A stretch of 64,000 nucleotides of DNA from Candidatus Binatia bacterium (GTDB lineage Bacteria; Desulfobacterota; Binatia; UBA9968; JAJDTQ01). The DNA lies in the NCBI GenBank assembly GCA_963666515.2, contig OY762897.2, positions 2,912,001 through 2,976,000 of the forward strand, written 5' to 3'. A program made the position numbers and the translations under genes. The notes below the pieces were generated by a model, which saw only the letters and a program-made list of their open reading frames with translations, was not told the DNA's origin and searched no databases. Shown here piece by piece: positions 31,504 through 41,165 of this stretch. How positions within the stretch are numbered: the stretch's first letter is position 1; each line of letters begins with the position of its first letter.

Positions 31504-34500
31504 TCAGATCGGAGGATCGCCGTTCACCCAGCCAGCTGGAGGCGTCTTCCAGATTCCTTCTGGTGGTGCGCTTGAACCGGCTCCAATAAGCAACCCTCCC
31601 GCAACAGTGTTGGGCTTCGGTCGGTTGACCAGTTTCTCCGGGCAGATTTCTGCAAACGCTATCGCTACCTGGGGCTGACCATGGGAATGAAAGACTTGTC
31701 GGTGAAATGGCTTATCGAAGGGCATGAAGAATGAGCTTCCACCAAACTGACCGTTGTTCACTAAGAGTACGCCCTGATACATGTGGTAATGCAACGCCTC
31801 CGACATCCTGTCGAACGCCCCGACATCCCGGTTGAGCGCACAGATGATGTAGAGATCACTTCGTGATCGAAGGTCGGCCGCGAGTGTCAGGTCCGTCGCG
31901 TCGTAGCACACCGACGCGGTGATGGTCAGTGGGCGATGATCACGGTTCGAACTCCACTTGTACTCTACGAGCCATTGCGCAGGTCGAAATCCGATGGGGG
32001 TCGGCGTCAATGACATTTCATCGGCGGTGAGGTGCAGTTTGCCCTGCTCGACGGCGCGCAGCTGGAAGCCACTGCTTCTAGTCCACTCCGGAATAAGCCA
32101 CTGGCAAGAGTTGATGAGCGGCGACCCCAGCAACCACGGCTCCGCGTGATACACCATGCCGAAAAGAAGGATGCACCGGTGCTTCCGGGCAAAGGGCACC
32201 AAGAGCGGTCCAACGTCATCGGGGTGCACCGCTAGTTCTGGGAAGACCAAGAGATCGATTGTCTGGCCGTCGCCACGGGCCATGCTGCGATGCGTGTCCC
32301 GCAGTCGTCGCATCTGATTGACCCCCTCGAGTGCTGCTGCAAGATGCGCTCGGTGCCTAAGTCGAAACGAAGGGTCACCACTAAGATCAGGTGCAGTGGC
32401 GTAGCGAAGGTAGTCCCCTAAGTCGGGGATCACCGTCTGGACAACGCCGATGCGCAGTGGCCGCCCCCAAGCAGTGGCATGCTCTGGTCGGTATGGAAGG
32501 GGGGCAGACTGCTCCAAGAAAAGCGTTCGGCTGTGGGCCCCATACTGCGCACTAAGTGCGTCTAAACGGGACGCAATCGCTCCCCTGATCTCAGTGAGGC
32601 TGCGACTGGGAGACATGACACCGGACCCAGGCCACCGGAGAAGCTCGTATAGCAGATCTTCTAAGAATGATGATATCGGGAGCCACGGAGGGCCGAATGC
32701 GCTACGTCCCTGAAACGCTGAGTATCTCTGTTGTTCCCAGTGCGAGATGGGACGGGAATAGCGTGGCCCCATATAGCGCTTGGCATTGGTAGCTCCCACA
32801 AAGAAATCGGTGGTCCCACGGATCGCGAATCGCAAGAGAGCCCCAATCTGATACCGTTGGCGCTCCTCGGGCGTCTCGCACCACTCAGGTAGTGTGAACA
32901 AACGTGCCCCTGTACTTACGGATCTGCGAACCCGGAACGTGGCCGGGTCGATCCACCCGAACCGGTCACGTTGGTTGTCGGACTTGAGTCTGCACTCGAT
33001 CTGCCAAGGTGTGAGGGGCGTTTCGAATGTGTCTTCCGGGAGCCCAAATAGCCAGTGCGCAAAGTACAGGAGGTTCAGTTCGGTAAAGAACGGATTGTTT
33101 TGCAGGCTGGCGAGATCTGGCAGACAAGCGGCGGCATCTGGTGCCCGACGTGGCTTCAACCCCAGCCGCTCGGCCATCTGAGTGAGCGCATTGCCTGCGC
33201 CAAGTCTCGCCGCTTCCCACAACGCAGCGGCTGTGCTCGGGGAGCATGTCTCAACGCGGGACAGAAACTCCGGCGAAACTCCTTGCTGCGCGATGCGGTC
33301 AACCAATCCGTTAAGCGAGAAACCCGTCCGAGCAATGACGAGGAAACTCGATCGCTCATCCAACCCCGCTGGCCAATCGCCGCTCAGGAACTTGGCAAAC
33401 CGCCGATATAGCGCGAGTAACGGGCCACCCTTTGCGCCCAGTTGGGTCACAGTTTCCGGAAACGCTTCTCGCGCTGAGAGATAGAGAAACACCTGCTGCA
33501 TGAGGTACCACGGCAGACGAGAGCTGCTCGATTGGCCATTCACGAGCTGGTTGAAGATGTCTTGAGCCTCTTCGAGTAGTCGCTGGTGGTAGCGGTCTAA
33601 GCGAACGCCCTGCGGTAGACATTCGTCATCCGACACCATCCCCGTCTCGGTCGCCCCTGCTCGGAACAGTTCGGCCAGACAGTACAGGCGAATCTCGCGG
33701 CGGGCTCCCCTGGAACCATCGACCGCCCACCCTGGCTTGAGCACCCGGAGAACTTCATTCAGGAACTGAGGGTCCGGGTACATGTCGAGTGCCACACGCA
33801 GCAGACGCACGTTTGCCGGGTTGGCGGTCCACTCCTCGATGAGCAGTGCGGCGAAGAGCTTGGCTCGCTCGTCGAGCTGGACCTTGGAGAGCACTAGGCT
33901 TTGCTCGCTCCCTTCGTCGTCCGGCTCTTCGTCCGTAGGCGGCACTTCCCGTCCGACGTCCCGGTCGTCGCCCTCCAGCATGGGGCGCAAAGAGCGGAAT
34001 GTTCGCCGGAAACGGCCCGCTGCGAATCGAGCAGCCGTTTCGTCACGCATGTCGGATAGACCCACCAGCAGACCGGTTCTGCCGACTTCCTCAGGCTTGG
34101 TCTCGGTGGAGTACCTCTTCTGAGTGTGGAAAAAGCCCTCGATGGCACCAATCAGCTCGGTGCCGTGGAGCATGTCAAACACGCCGGATACGTCGCTCTG
34201 AATGCGTTTGGCGGCAAGAGACTGCGGCACGAGGAATCGCCGGTCGCGTCCTTCCACCGTCACAGTCGTCTTGGACTGTTCGACCACGAGCCCGGGAGCC
34301 GTTATATCAAGCTGGCGTTGGAGCCAATTGGATATGGCGTCGCGAACTTCACGCTCTGCAAGGCCGGGGTCGGAACGGGGGATCTGGACAACCAATCGGA
34401 AGTCGTCAACGTAATAAGCCGCATCCAGTAGCTTGATGCCTAGGGCTTCGTCAATGACCCGTCCGATCGCATCGCGGAGTCTCGTCTCAAAGTCCTGCAT

Positions 34501-35361
34501 CACGACATTCGCGAAGAAGCCTGATGCGACCAGCCCCTGTGGGAGCGCCACGTTCATAAAACCGTCAAGGTCGTGCTCGAGGGAATGGCGGGACGCGCGC
34601 TTCGTGTCCGCCCACCGCCAATCGAAGACACGGCCTGCGAACTCGAAGAACCTTGGATCATCACCGTCTCGTCCGAGTTGCTCGATCTTCTGACGGAGCA
34701 AGTCCGGCTGCACACGGTCGTAGAACTTCGACAGATCGCTCTGAACAATCGCCATCTCGAACTCCGGCGCGTCCGAGTCCACGCTCTCCGCCACAACTCG
34801 TGGGCGACGAAGAAACGTCTGGTAGTCCTGGAAATACTGGCGATACAGCTTGGAGCTACCCCAACGGTGACGAAGTCCGCCGTCCTCGGTATCATCGCAG
34901 ACGAGTCGGTGGCCATAGGCGAGGACACGGCGCCGATTCTCTTCTGAGTCGATCGACAGCCGAGGGTCATTCATCCGAGTTTCGATGCGGTCGGCTAAGC
35001 AGAGCATGATGGCCGTCGCCACGACTTGGTCCCGCAGCGCTACATGAGCAAGCGGACGGAGCTCCTTCTGGTAATTCTGATTGGCCCGCGGAATCCAATT
35101 GCCACTGTCATCGAAGCACCATCGCTGCGTCTTCGGAGCCGGAACCAGATCAAGGGGCTCGGGCGTCCAGTCGGAATATGTATCGATTGCTGCCCGGATC
35201 TCCGCGAGAAAGGCCGGGATGCGCAAGGTTTGAAAGTCGATGCCGAGCGTATCGGCATACCAACTGTGCGTCCGCAGATAGGAGGAAGTCTTCTTCCACG
35301 CCTGCATAAGTACGCATTCGAGCCGGAGGTCCTCCAGGGATGGGTTGAGGATCTGCTTCAT
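31504..35361 (-). CDS. Reverse transcriptase-nitrilase (C-N hydrolase) fusion, defence-associated RT type
   Basis: RT motifs QSDLSKFYD, LPQGLVASGFFAN and YYVDD (34402-34416), then a long helical middle region, then a nitrilase triad VFPEL, EQGKLH, VCYDATD; 1285 aa uninterrupted. Confidence 0.9.
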   Translation of the reverse strand: MKQILNPSLEDLRLECVLMQAWKKTSSYLRTHSWYADTLGIDFQTLRIPAFLAEIRAAIDTYSDWTPEPLDLVPAPKTQRWCFDDSGNWIPRANQNYQKELRPLAHVALRDQVVATAIMLCLADRIETRMNDPRLSIDSEENRRRVLAYGHRLVCDDTEDGGLRHRWGSSKLYRQYFQDYQTFLRRPRVVAESVDSDAPEFEMAIVQSDLSKFYDRVQPDLLRQKIEQLGRDGDDPRFFEFAGRVFDWRWADTKRASRHSLEHDLDGFMNVALPQGLVASGFFANVVMQDFETRLRDAIGRVIDEALGIKLLDAAYYVDDFRLVVQIPRSDPGLAEREVRDAISNWLQRQLDITAPGLVVEQSKTTVTVEGRDRRFLVPQSLAAKRIQSDVSGVFDMLHGTELIGAIEGFFHTQKRYSTETKPEEVGRTGLLVGLSDMRDETAARFAAGRFRRTFRSLRPMLEGDDRDVGREVPPTDEEPDDEGSEQSLVLSKVQLDERAKLFAALLIEEWTANPANVRLLRVALDMYPDPQFLNEVLRVLKPGWAVDGSRGARREIRLYCLAELFRAGATETGMVSDDECLPQGVRLDRYHQRLLEEAQDIFNQLVNGQSSSSRLPWYLMQQVFLYLSAREAFPETVTQLGAKGGPLLALYRRFAKFLSGDWPAGLDERSSFLVIARTGFSLNGLVDRIAQQGVSPEFLSRVETCSPSTAAALWEAARLGAGNALTQMAERLGLKPRRAPDAAACLPDLASLQNNPFFTELNLLYFAHWLFGLPEDTFETPLTPWQIECRLKSDNQRDRFGWIDPATFRVRRSVSTGARLFTLPEWCETPEERQRYQIGALLRFAIRGTTDFFVGATNAKRYMGPRYSRPISHWEQQRYSAFQGRSAFGPPWLPISSFLEDLLYELLRWPGSGVMSPSRSLTEIRGAIASRLDALSAQYGAHSRTLFLEQSAPLPYRPEHATAWGRPLRIGVVQTVIPDLGDYLRYATAPDLSGDPSFRLRHRAHLAAALEGVNQMRRLRDTHRSMARGDGQTIDLLVFPELAVHPDDVGPLLVPFARKHRCILLFGMVYHAEPWLLGSPLINSCQWLIPEWTRSSGFQLRAVEQGKLHLTADEMSLTPTPIGFRPAQWLVEYKWSSNRDHRPLTITASVCYDATDLTLAADLRSRSDLYIICALNRDVGAFDRMSEALHYHMYQGVLLVNNGQFGGSSFFMPFDKPFHRQVFHSHGQPQVAIAFAEICPEKLVNRPKPNTVAGGLLIGAGSSAPPEGIWKTPPAGWVNGDPPI

Positions 35362-35383
35362 TCTCGGTTCCTGACGCGGAAAC

Positions 35384-36640
35384 TCATGCCGTTCCCCCCT
35401 CGCCTTGTTCCAGCAGCGCCGTCACGCGGCGGTCTCCCGTCAAGAGGTCCTGCATAAGGCCGACCTTTATTGACCTGAGTTTGTAGAGGTGTTCCCGGTA
35501 GGCATTGAGGATCTCCCTCACAGCCGAGATGCGAACCGCAATCGCCGTCTGTTCATCCAAGTTCCTCGGGAACGCGGCAGGGATCGAACGAAGATTCGTT
35601 GGATTGATGTTCACTTGCTGAACTGCGGGCGTGGCCTGTCGGCGCATAGCGATCTGAATTCGTTCCCAGTTCAGCCAGAAATTAAGCATCTCGGGCAACA
35701 GTTTGTCCGGGTGCGGGTTCAGCCGCACGAGGTACGACGCGAAGGTTGTGCTCTCGATCTGCCCTCTCCAGATACCGGTTCGACCGACATGCTCCCAGCT
35801 ATTGGTTCGATTGAAGAGCACATCCCCATCTCTCAGCCATAAATGCTTGGGCACCGGGCCATCAGTGAACTTGAGGTCAGATAGTTCGGCTTCACCATCG
35901 AGCAGATTGTTCATGCGCAACACGGGATAACCCGATTCTCCGAGCGATGTTGAAATCCCATACTCCGCCGAAGGAACAAACACCGCCAAGGATGCACTTT
36001 CCCACTCCATCGGGATCCGTCCGAGCGGGGAGTCTTTGAACTTGTGGGTCTGTTCGGAGCGGAGGTTGCCGTGCTCGTCGATGCCGCGGGTGAGCAGATC
36101 CTGTACCAGGCCGGTCTTGATGCGCTGCTGCTTGACGATGAGCGCCTCGGTCTCCTCGATTGCCCGATCCATCGTCGAAAGCACCTCAGAGATTTTGGCT
36201 TGCTCGGCCTTTTCCTTCGGGTGCAGGACCGGCCACTGTTTCAATTCCGAAGAGTTGATCGCCTCAAACGTGGAACCCTGTGAAGCGAGCCTGAATCTTG
36301 GCTCCTGGAAGACCAGAAAGTGCTCAAGAAAGTCCTGAGTTACTCGCGTTCCTTTCAACGCGGCCAAGCCGCGACCAATCACATAATCACGGTTGGCGAC
36401 ATTCAGACGTCCGACGGGCGCGCGAACGCTGAGTAGGATCGATCCAGCACACCCAATCTTTTTGCTGTGGCTGCAATAGATGGTATGCATGGGATGCCGG
36501 CCCTGAAACTCCGCGCACCCTTGTAGGAATGGAAGTCCGACTTCCTCCTCAGAGTAGTACTTGGAATCAGGTGACTGGCCCATGACGACTTGGGCGACCT
36601 CCGCGAGCGGTTTGATGTGCCAGCCATCCGGAAGCGTCAT
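35384..36640 (-). CDS. hsdS: Type I R-M specificity subunit
   Basis: Two TRDs with conserved EQAKI...[10 protein letters not shown] and EQTAI...GLMQDLLTG repeats; LPDGW and IPMEW starts. Confidence 0.93.
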   Translation of the reverse strand: MTLPDGWHIKPLAEVAQVVMGQSPDSKYYSEEEVGLPFLQGCAEFQGRHPMHTIYCSHSKKIGCAGSILLSVRAPVGRLNVANRDYVIGRGLAALKGTRVTQDFLEHFLVFQEPRFRLASQGSTFEAINSSELKQWPVLHPKEKAEQAKISEVLSTMDRAIEETEALIVKQQRIKTGLVQDLLTRGIDEHGNLRSEQTHKFKDSPLGRIPMEWESASLAVFVPSAEYGISTSLGESGYPVLRMNNLLDGEAELSDLKFTDGPVPKHLWLRDGDVLFNRTNSWEHVGRTGIWRGQIESTTFASYLVRLNPHPDKLLPEMLNFWLNWERIQIAMRRQATPAVQQVNINPTNLRSIPAAFPRNLDEQTAIAVRISAVREILNAYREHLYKLRSIKVGLMQDLLTGDRRVTALLEQGEGGTA

Positions 36641-39324
36641 ACCAGGTACCCCAATCCCGTCAGGGAACCGCCCATCGTGGCCAGCGTGGTCGCTCGATCA
36701 CTTTCCAATTTGTCCGCGGAGATGGCGTACTTCTCCCATAGGCTCTCGACGGCTCGCACGAGCACCCGCTTCTCCGCATTGAGGTAGCGGTCCAGCTCCG
36801 TGCGGGCGATGTCATAGATCTTCTTCAGGATCAGGCGGCGGGCGTCGGTCTCACTGATCTGGCCGCCAATCGCCTTGAGGACCGTATCAGCCTGGGCCAT
36901 GCGGGCGTTCAGTGCCTCCTTGTCCTTGCCCAGCGCGGTGATGGTCTTCTTGTCGGCCTTCTTCTGGGGGTCCAGCCCGGCGAGACGGGCATCGGCCTGC
37001 GCGATCAGCGTCTGTGTCTCGGCCTTGAAGTCGTCTGCCCCGAGGCGCTTGAGTTCGAGCTTGAACTCAAGCACTGCGGCCTTTTCCTTGAGTGTCCCCC
37101 TAACGTCCTTGATGCGCTTCTCGATCGCCTTGATGGCCTTGTCCTGGTCCGTAAGGTTCTTGAGCTCCTTTCTTGCGGAGGCGCCGCTGGTGCTTTTCAG
37201 GTCGTCGATGAGCGCCTTGAGAGTCTTCTTGATTGCGGCTGCGGTGACCTTCTCGTCCTCGTCGAGCTCGTAGCCGCTGACCTCCTGGGCCGTCTCGACG
37301 GCCTCGGACAGCTCGCCTTGGGCTTCGGCGATGGTCGCCTCCAGCGCCTCAATGGCGTCGGCCTCGGCCTGGAAATATTCGGCGATGAGGTACTCATCGG
37401 GGATGAGGGTATGGTGCCAGCCCGTGGAGACGATAGTCTTGAGGTCGTAGCGGATTTGCTTCCACCAGTTGACGAAGACGCCGGCACTCTTGAACTCGTC
37501 GAGCACGCCCAGCGGCACGAGCTTGGCCTTGAGGGTGGTGAGCAGCTCGTGGCGGACTTCGGGCATTTTCTTGCCGCCGTTGCCCGCATGCTGGAGCTGG
37601 GCGAAGTCGTCTCTGGCAACCGTCCACCAGGATTCGAGGGCACCGTGGTGCCGGGTGAGAGTGCCCAGCAGTGCCGGGGCCGCCTCGAGCGTGGCCCTGA
37701 TGGCGGGCCCAGCGTCGACGGACTCGCGAAAGGCGAGGTAGGCGGGACGCTCAGGCTCGAAGAGTGAATCCAGGTTTACGCCGAACTTGGCGAAGTCGTC
37801 CGTGAGCGTAGCGACCTCCGCCTCGGGGATTCCGCCGATGAGGTGCGCCTGGACATCCTCCGGCTCGGGGTCGGGCGTGTTGTCCACGTAGCGACGGATG
37901 TTGAGGTTGTAGTCGTGGGTGTCCACGATCTCGGACTTGGGCACGAGGCGCGAGTACTTGGACAGTTCGCGCTTGTGGGTGAAGACGAAATCTATCTTTT
38001 CGATGTCCTCGGGGCGAAGCCGGTTCTGGTTCTTGCCCTCTGCGTATTCGCGATCGGCGTTGATGAAGAGGACCTTGTCCTTGAGCGCGTCGGGCTTGCT
38101 CTTGTTGCAGACCAGCACGCAGGCGGGAATGCCCGTGCCGTAGAAGAGGCCGGGCGGCAGGCTGACAATGGCCTCGATGCAATCGTCATTGATGAAAAGC
38201 TCGCGGATGAGCTTTTCCTTACCGCCACGGAACAGGACCCCGTGCGGCATGATCGTCGCCATCCGGCCGTTGGACTTGAGGCTGGCGAGCATGTGCTGGA
38301 CGAACATGAGGTCCGCCTTCTTGCCGGACTCCGGGCACCACTCGCGGAAGCGGCTGGTGAACTTCATGTCGGCGCGGCTGTAGTTCTGCGAGAACGGCGG
38401 GTTGGCGAGCACACGGTCGAACTTGCGGATCTGCCCGTTGTCGAGGATGAGCGGGTTCTCCAGCGTGTCGTCGTTCTCGATCGTGGATCGGGTGATGTTG
38501 TGGAGGATCATGTTCATGATGCAGATCGACCAGACCGTGCCGTTGGAGTCCTGGCCGTAGAGGGCGAGGTCGTCAGCGTTCTGGCCCTGTTCTTCCACGT
38601 ACTGGTGGGACTGAATGAGGAAGCCGCCGGAGCCGACCGTGGGGTCGTAGATGGTATTGCCGGCCTCCGGCTGAGTGAGTTGGACGAGCAGGCGGACGAC
38701 CTCGCCAGGAGTATAGAACTCACCGCCCTTCTTACCAGCACTGTCAGCGAAGAACTTGATGAGGTACTCGTAGGCGGCACCGAGCAGGTCGGGAAACTCG
38801 AAGTTATCGTTGACGAGGACGAACCTGGGCTGGCTGAAGTGGTCGAGCAGGTCTTTCCAGTTCTGGTCCGGGATCTTGGTCTTGCCCTTCACCGCATTGA
38901 AGTCGATGTTGTTCTTCAACACCCCGGCGAGCGCATCGTTCTCGTCTTCAATCGCAGCGATGGCCTTGTTGAGCATGTTGCCGATGTCGTGCTTTAAGTC
39001 CTTCACGGCCGGCACGAGAGCGCCGTTGTCGTCCTTCCAGGGCTCGTGCCAGCGGGCTCTGACGGGGACAAAGAAAGTCTCGCCGTAGGACGTCTTGTCT
39101 TCGAGCAACTCGGCGACAAGTTGCGGCTGGTCTTTGAGGTGTGCGAAGGTTTTCGTGCGGAGCTGCTCGCGTTTGCGGTCGAACTCGTCGGAAAGCCGCT
39201 TCAGGAACAGCATGCCGAAGATGAACTCCTTGAATTCCGAGGCGTCCATCTTGCCACGCAGGATGTCGGCGGCCTTCAGGAGGAAGGATTCGAGCTGGGT
39301 GAGGGTGATTTTCTCTTGTTTCAT
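36637..39324 (-). CDS. hsdM: Type I R-M methyltransferase subunit, long form
   Basis: [45 protein letters not shown], plus a C-terminal extension of about 400 aa. Confidence 0.95.
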   Translation of the reverse strand: MKQEKITLTQLESFLLKAADILRGKMDASEFKEFIFGMLFLKRLSDEFDRKREQLRTKTFAHLKDQPQLVAELLEDKTSYGETFFVPVRARWHEPWKDDNGALVPAVKDLKHDIGNMLNKAIAAIEDENDALAGVLKNNIDFNAVKGKTKIPDQNWKDLLDHFSQPRFVLVNDNFEFPDLLGAAYEYLIKFFADSAGKKGGEFYTPGEVVRLLVQLTQPEAGNTIYDPTVGSGGFLIQSHQYVEEQGQNADDLALYGQDSNGTVWSICIMNMILHNITRSTIENDDTLENPLILDNGQIRKFDRVLANPPFSQNYSRADMKFTSRFREWCPESGKKADLMFVQHMLASLKSNGRMATIMPHGVLFRGGKEKLIRELFINDDCIEAIVSLPPGLFYGTGIPACVLVCNKSKPDALKDKVLFINADREYAEGKNQNRLRPEDIEKIDFVFTHKRELSKYSRLVPKSEIVDTHDYNLNIRRYVDNTPDPEPEDVQAHLIGGIPEAEVATLTDDFAKFGVNLDSLFEPERPAYLAFRESVDAGPAIRATLEAAPALLGTLTRHHGALESWWTVARDDFAQLQHAGNGGKKMPEVRHELLTTLKAKLVPLGVLDEFKSAGVFVNWWKQIRYDLKTIVSTGWHHTLIPDEYLIAEYFQAEADAIEALEATIAEAQGELSEAVETAQEVSGYELDEDEKVTAAAIKKTLKALIDDLKSTSGASARKELKNLTDQDKAIKAIEKRIKDVRGTLKEKAAVLEFKLELKRLGADDFKAETQTLIAQADARLAGLDPQKKADKKTITALGKDKEALNARMAQADTVLKAIGGQISETDARRLILKKIYDIARTELDRYLNAEKRVLVRAVESLWEKYAISADKLESDRATTLATMGGSLTGLGYLV

Positions 39325-39337
39325 CTTCTGCCCTCTC

Positions 39338-39492
39338 TCACGCTTCCGCCTCTGCGTTCCCCATTTGCTTTCCGAACGCCTGCCGGACCAGACCCATCAC
39401 ATAGGGGGCATCTCTTCCGGCTTGCTTAGGCTCACCTCTAAATCACCATTCCCCCAACGACCAAGGTTGGTGACGCCCGTCGCCAGACCTTT
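39338..39492 (-). pseudogene. Degenerate C-terminal remnant of a DUF5655-like domain (as at the end of GmrSD-like DUF262 proteins)
   Basis: Reads KGLATGVTNLGRWGNGDLEVSLSKPEEMP, then a frameshift at the G5 tract 39404-39408, then [21 protein letters not shown]. The GRWGNGD motif was recognised from memory. Confidence 0.6.
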
Positions 39493-39530
39493 CTAGGCGA
39501 TAGCTTGGAGAGAGTTTAAGGCACCATCAA

Positions 39531-39588
39531 TGGTGGAGGCGAGGGGAATCGAACCCCCGTCCGAAGGCTTTCCGCCAGAAGTGACTAC
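39531..39588 (-). repeat. att-like direct repeat of the tmRNA 3' end
   Basis: 58 bp matching 40251-40308 with one mismatch (39542); offset exactly 720 bp. Confidence 0.95.
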
Positions 39589-39594
39589 GTGGGT

Positions 39595-39876
39595 TTACTG
39601 GGTGCGCGCTGTCCGTGGCACACTATGCGTCGCCATTGACTGGCCACTTTCTGAAATCGGCTGCTGTTGGTTCTGCGAAGCGGGAAACGGCAGACCGTCT
39701 TCTTTCAAGACTTCAAGCCAAGCGCATACGGCGATTCGTATCTCGTGGAGCGCTTCTTCTGGCGTATCGCCGTAGGCTGACAAATCGGGCACTTCGACAC
39801 ATCCTGCCTCAAAGCCCTCCGACTCGTCGCACTTTTTCCACCGATACGTGTAAGGCGGCAAATCGTGAACATCCAT
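39595..39876 (-). CDS. hicB: HicB-family antitoxin
   Basis: AGCVEVPDLSAYGDTPEEALHEIRIAVCAWLE...G.P.P; RBS GGGGAGG; downstream of hicA. Start at 39876 or 39882. Confidence 0.85.
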   Translation of the reverse strand: MDVHDLPPYTYRWKKCDESEGFEAGCVEVPDLSAYGDTPEEALHEIRIAVCAWLEVLKEDGLPFPASQNQQQPISESGQSMATHSVPRTARTQ

Positions 39877-39893
39877 GGCCATGCCTCCCCAAT

Positions 39894-40160
39894 CTAAATT
39901 AAACCCATGTACCTCGCCCGTTTCAACACCTCTTTGACTTGCTCCGGCTTCGCCTTTCCGGTCTTCAAGCGTTGCAGATTGAGCGGGTGCGGGTAAACGT
40001 CCTTCGCCCCTGTCGCCAGCGGATGGGTGAAAATATGGTGGCTGCCTTTGCGGTTCCGAAGCTTCCAGCCAAGTTGCTCCACGAGTTTCAGCAAGTCGTT
40101 GAAAGGGCAATTCGATGGAGAATTCTCCGCGTTTTCCAGCAGTTTCTTGCCCACTGCCAT
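39894..40160 (-). CDS. hicA: HicA-family mRNA interferase toxin
   Basis: LVEQLGWKLRNRKGSHHIFTHP (GSH motif), 88 aa, basic. Confidence 0.87.
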   Translation of the reverse strand: MAVGKKLLENAENSPSNCPFNDLLKLVEQLGWKLRNRKGSHHIFTHPLATGAKDVYPHPLNLQRLKTGKAKPEQVKEVLKRARYMGLI

Positions 40161-40250
40161 AACTTGAGAATCGTCCTACTACCTTTGGGCGCAGGCGGCG
40201 CAGGGTTTCCAAACGGATTGTCGGCCCCAGCGTCATAGTCCGTAACCGAT

Positions 40251-40600
40251 TGGTGGAGGCGGGGGGAATCGAACCCCCGTCCGAAGGCTTTCCGCCAGAA
40301 GTGACTACATGCTTAGTCGCCGTTTGAGTCTCGCCGCTCAAGCTCCCGACGACAGGGGCGTGAGCGGCCAGCCGGTTTGAATCTCGACCTCAACCCCTCC
40401 GGCAGGAGAATCGGTCCATCCCGCTGAATGACGCCTTGTCCGGCCCCGCGGGAGAAGGCCGGCAAGACGCTGGCTGTCTAAGCAGCCAGAGCGTACTCTT
40501 GTTCGTCTGCAGTTACTTGCAGTCCTGCGTTTTTAACGGGGCCGCAGGACCCCGGCATGCCACTTTGACTTCCCACCCCCGTCGAACCCATATCGCCCCC
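40251..40600 (-). ncRNA. ssrA: tmRNA
   Basis: 5' GGGGGCG pairs with 3' CGCCUCC-ACCA with G3-U; T-arm GGGGG-UUCGAUU-CCCCC; tag frame 40510-40478 encodes ADEQEYALAA*; next to smpB. Confidence 0.96.
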
Positions 40601-40622
40601 AATGATAGGCCCGGCCCGGCGG

Positions 40623-41096
40623 TCAACTTCTGCGGCTCTTCATGGAGCGTTCCATCTCCCGCCGGACCATCTTTTCCTTGACCGTGGCGCGCTTGTCGTA
40701 GAGCTTCTTGCCTCGGGCCAGGCCCAGCTCCACCTTGGCGCGCCCATCCTTGAAGTATAGCTTCAGGGGAATCAGGGTCAAGCCGCGCTCCTTGACCTTT
40801 CCCGTGAGCCGCATGATCTCTCGCTTGTGCATGAGCAGCTTCCGCGGCCGGGTGGGCTCGTGGTTGAACATGTTGGCCGCGGGATACGGGCTGATGTGAG
40901 AGTTGACCAGCACCACCTCGCCCTTGTCGACGCGGGCGTAGCTGTCGGCCAGGTTCGCGCGTCCGTCCCGCAGCGACTTGACCTCGCTGCCCAGGAGCAC
41001 CATGCCGGCCTCGAAGGACTCGTCGATGAAGTACTCCCGGCGCGCCCGCCGGTTGACGGTGACGGTCTTGACGGAGGTTTCCTTGGCAGAGGCCAT
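40623..41096 (-). CDS. smpB: SsrA-binding protein
   Basis: NRRARREY, EAGMVLLGSEVKSLR, RKLLMHKREI, GKKLYDKR. Confidence 0.97.
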   Translation of the reverse strand: MASAKETSVKTVTVNRRARREYFIDESFEAGMVLLGSEVKSLRDGRANLADSYARVDKGEVVLVNSHISPYPAANMFNHEPTRPRKLLMHKREIMRLTGKVKERGLTLIPLKLYFKDGRAKVELGLARGKKLYDKRATVKEKMVRREMERSMKSRRS

Positions 41097-41165
41097 GGGA
41101 TGGGTCTTCTTTCTTCGTTCTGGCGGTTCCGCGGCCGCCGGACCCGGCGGCGGGCGGAGGCTCGC

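Noticed and set aside
31504-35361. RT as a retron, group II intron, DGR or CRISPR-associated RT
   Set aside because: No intergenic space for msr-msd or an intron RNA, no TR/VR repeat pair, no cas genes or array seen; the C-terminal nitrilase domain points to a defence-type RT.
39531-39588. Possible tRNA gene
   Set aside because: Contains only the T-arm, acceptor 3' strand and CCA copied from tmRNA; no 5' half or anticodon arm.
39595-40341. 248-aa ORF starting inside tmRNA
   Set aside because: Only the last ~93 codons are HicB; the upstream part overlaps ssrA and hicA in another frame.
41126-41155. GC hairpin between panC and smpB as a terminator
   Set aside because: A stem is present but no U-tract follows on the minus strand; insufficient support.
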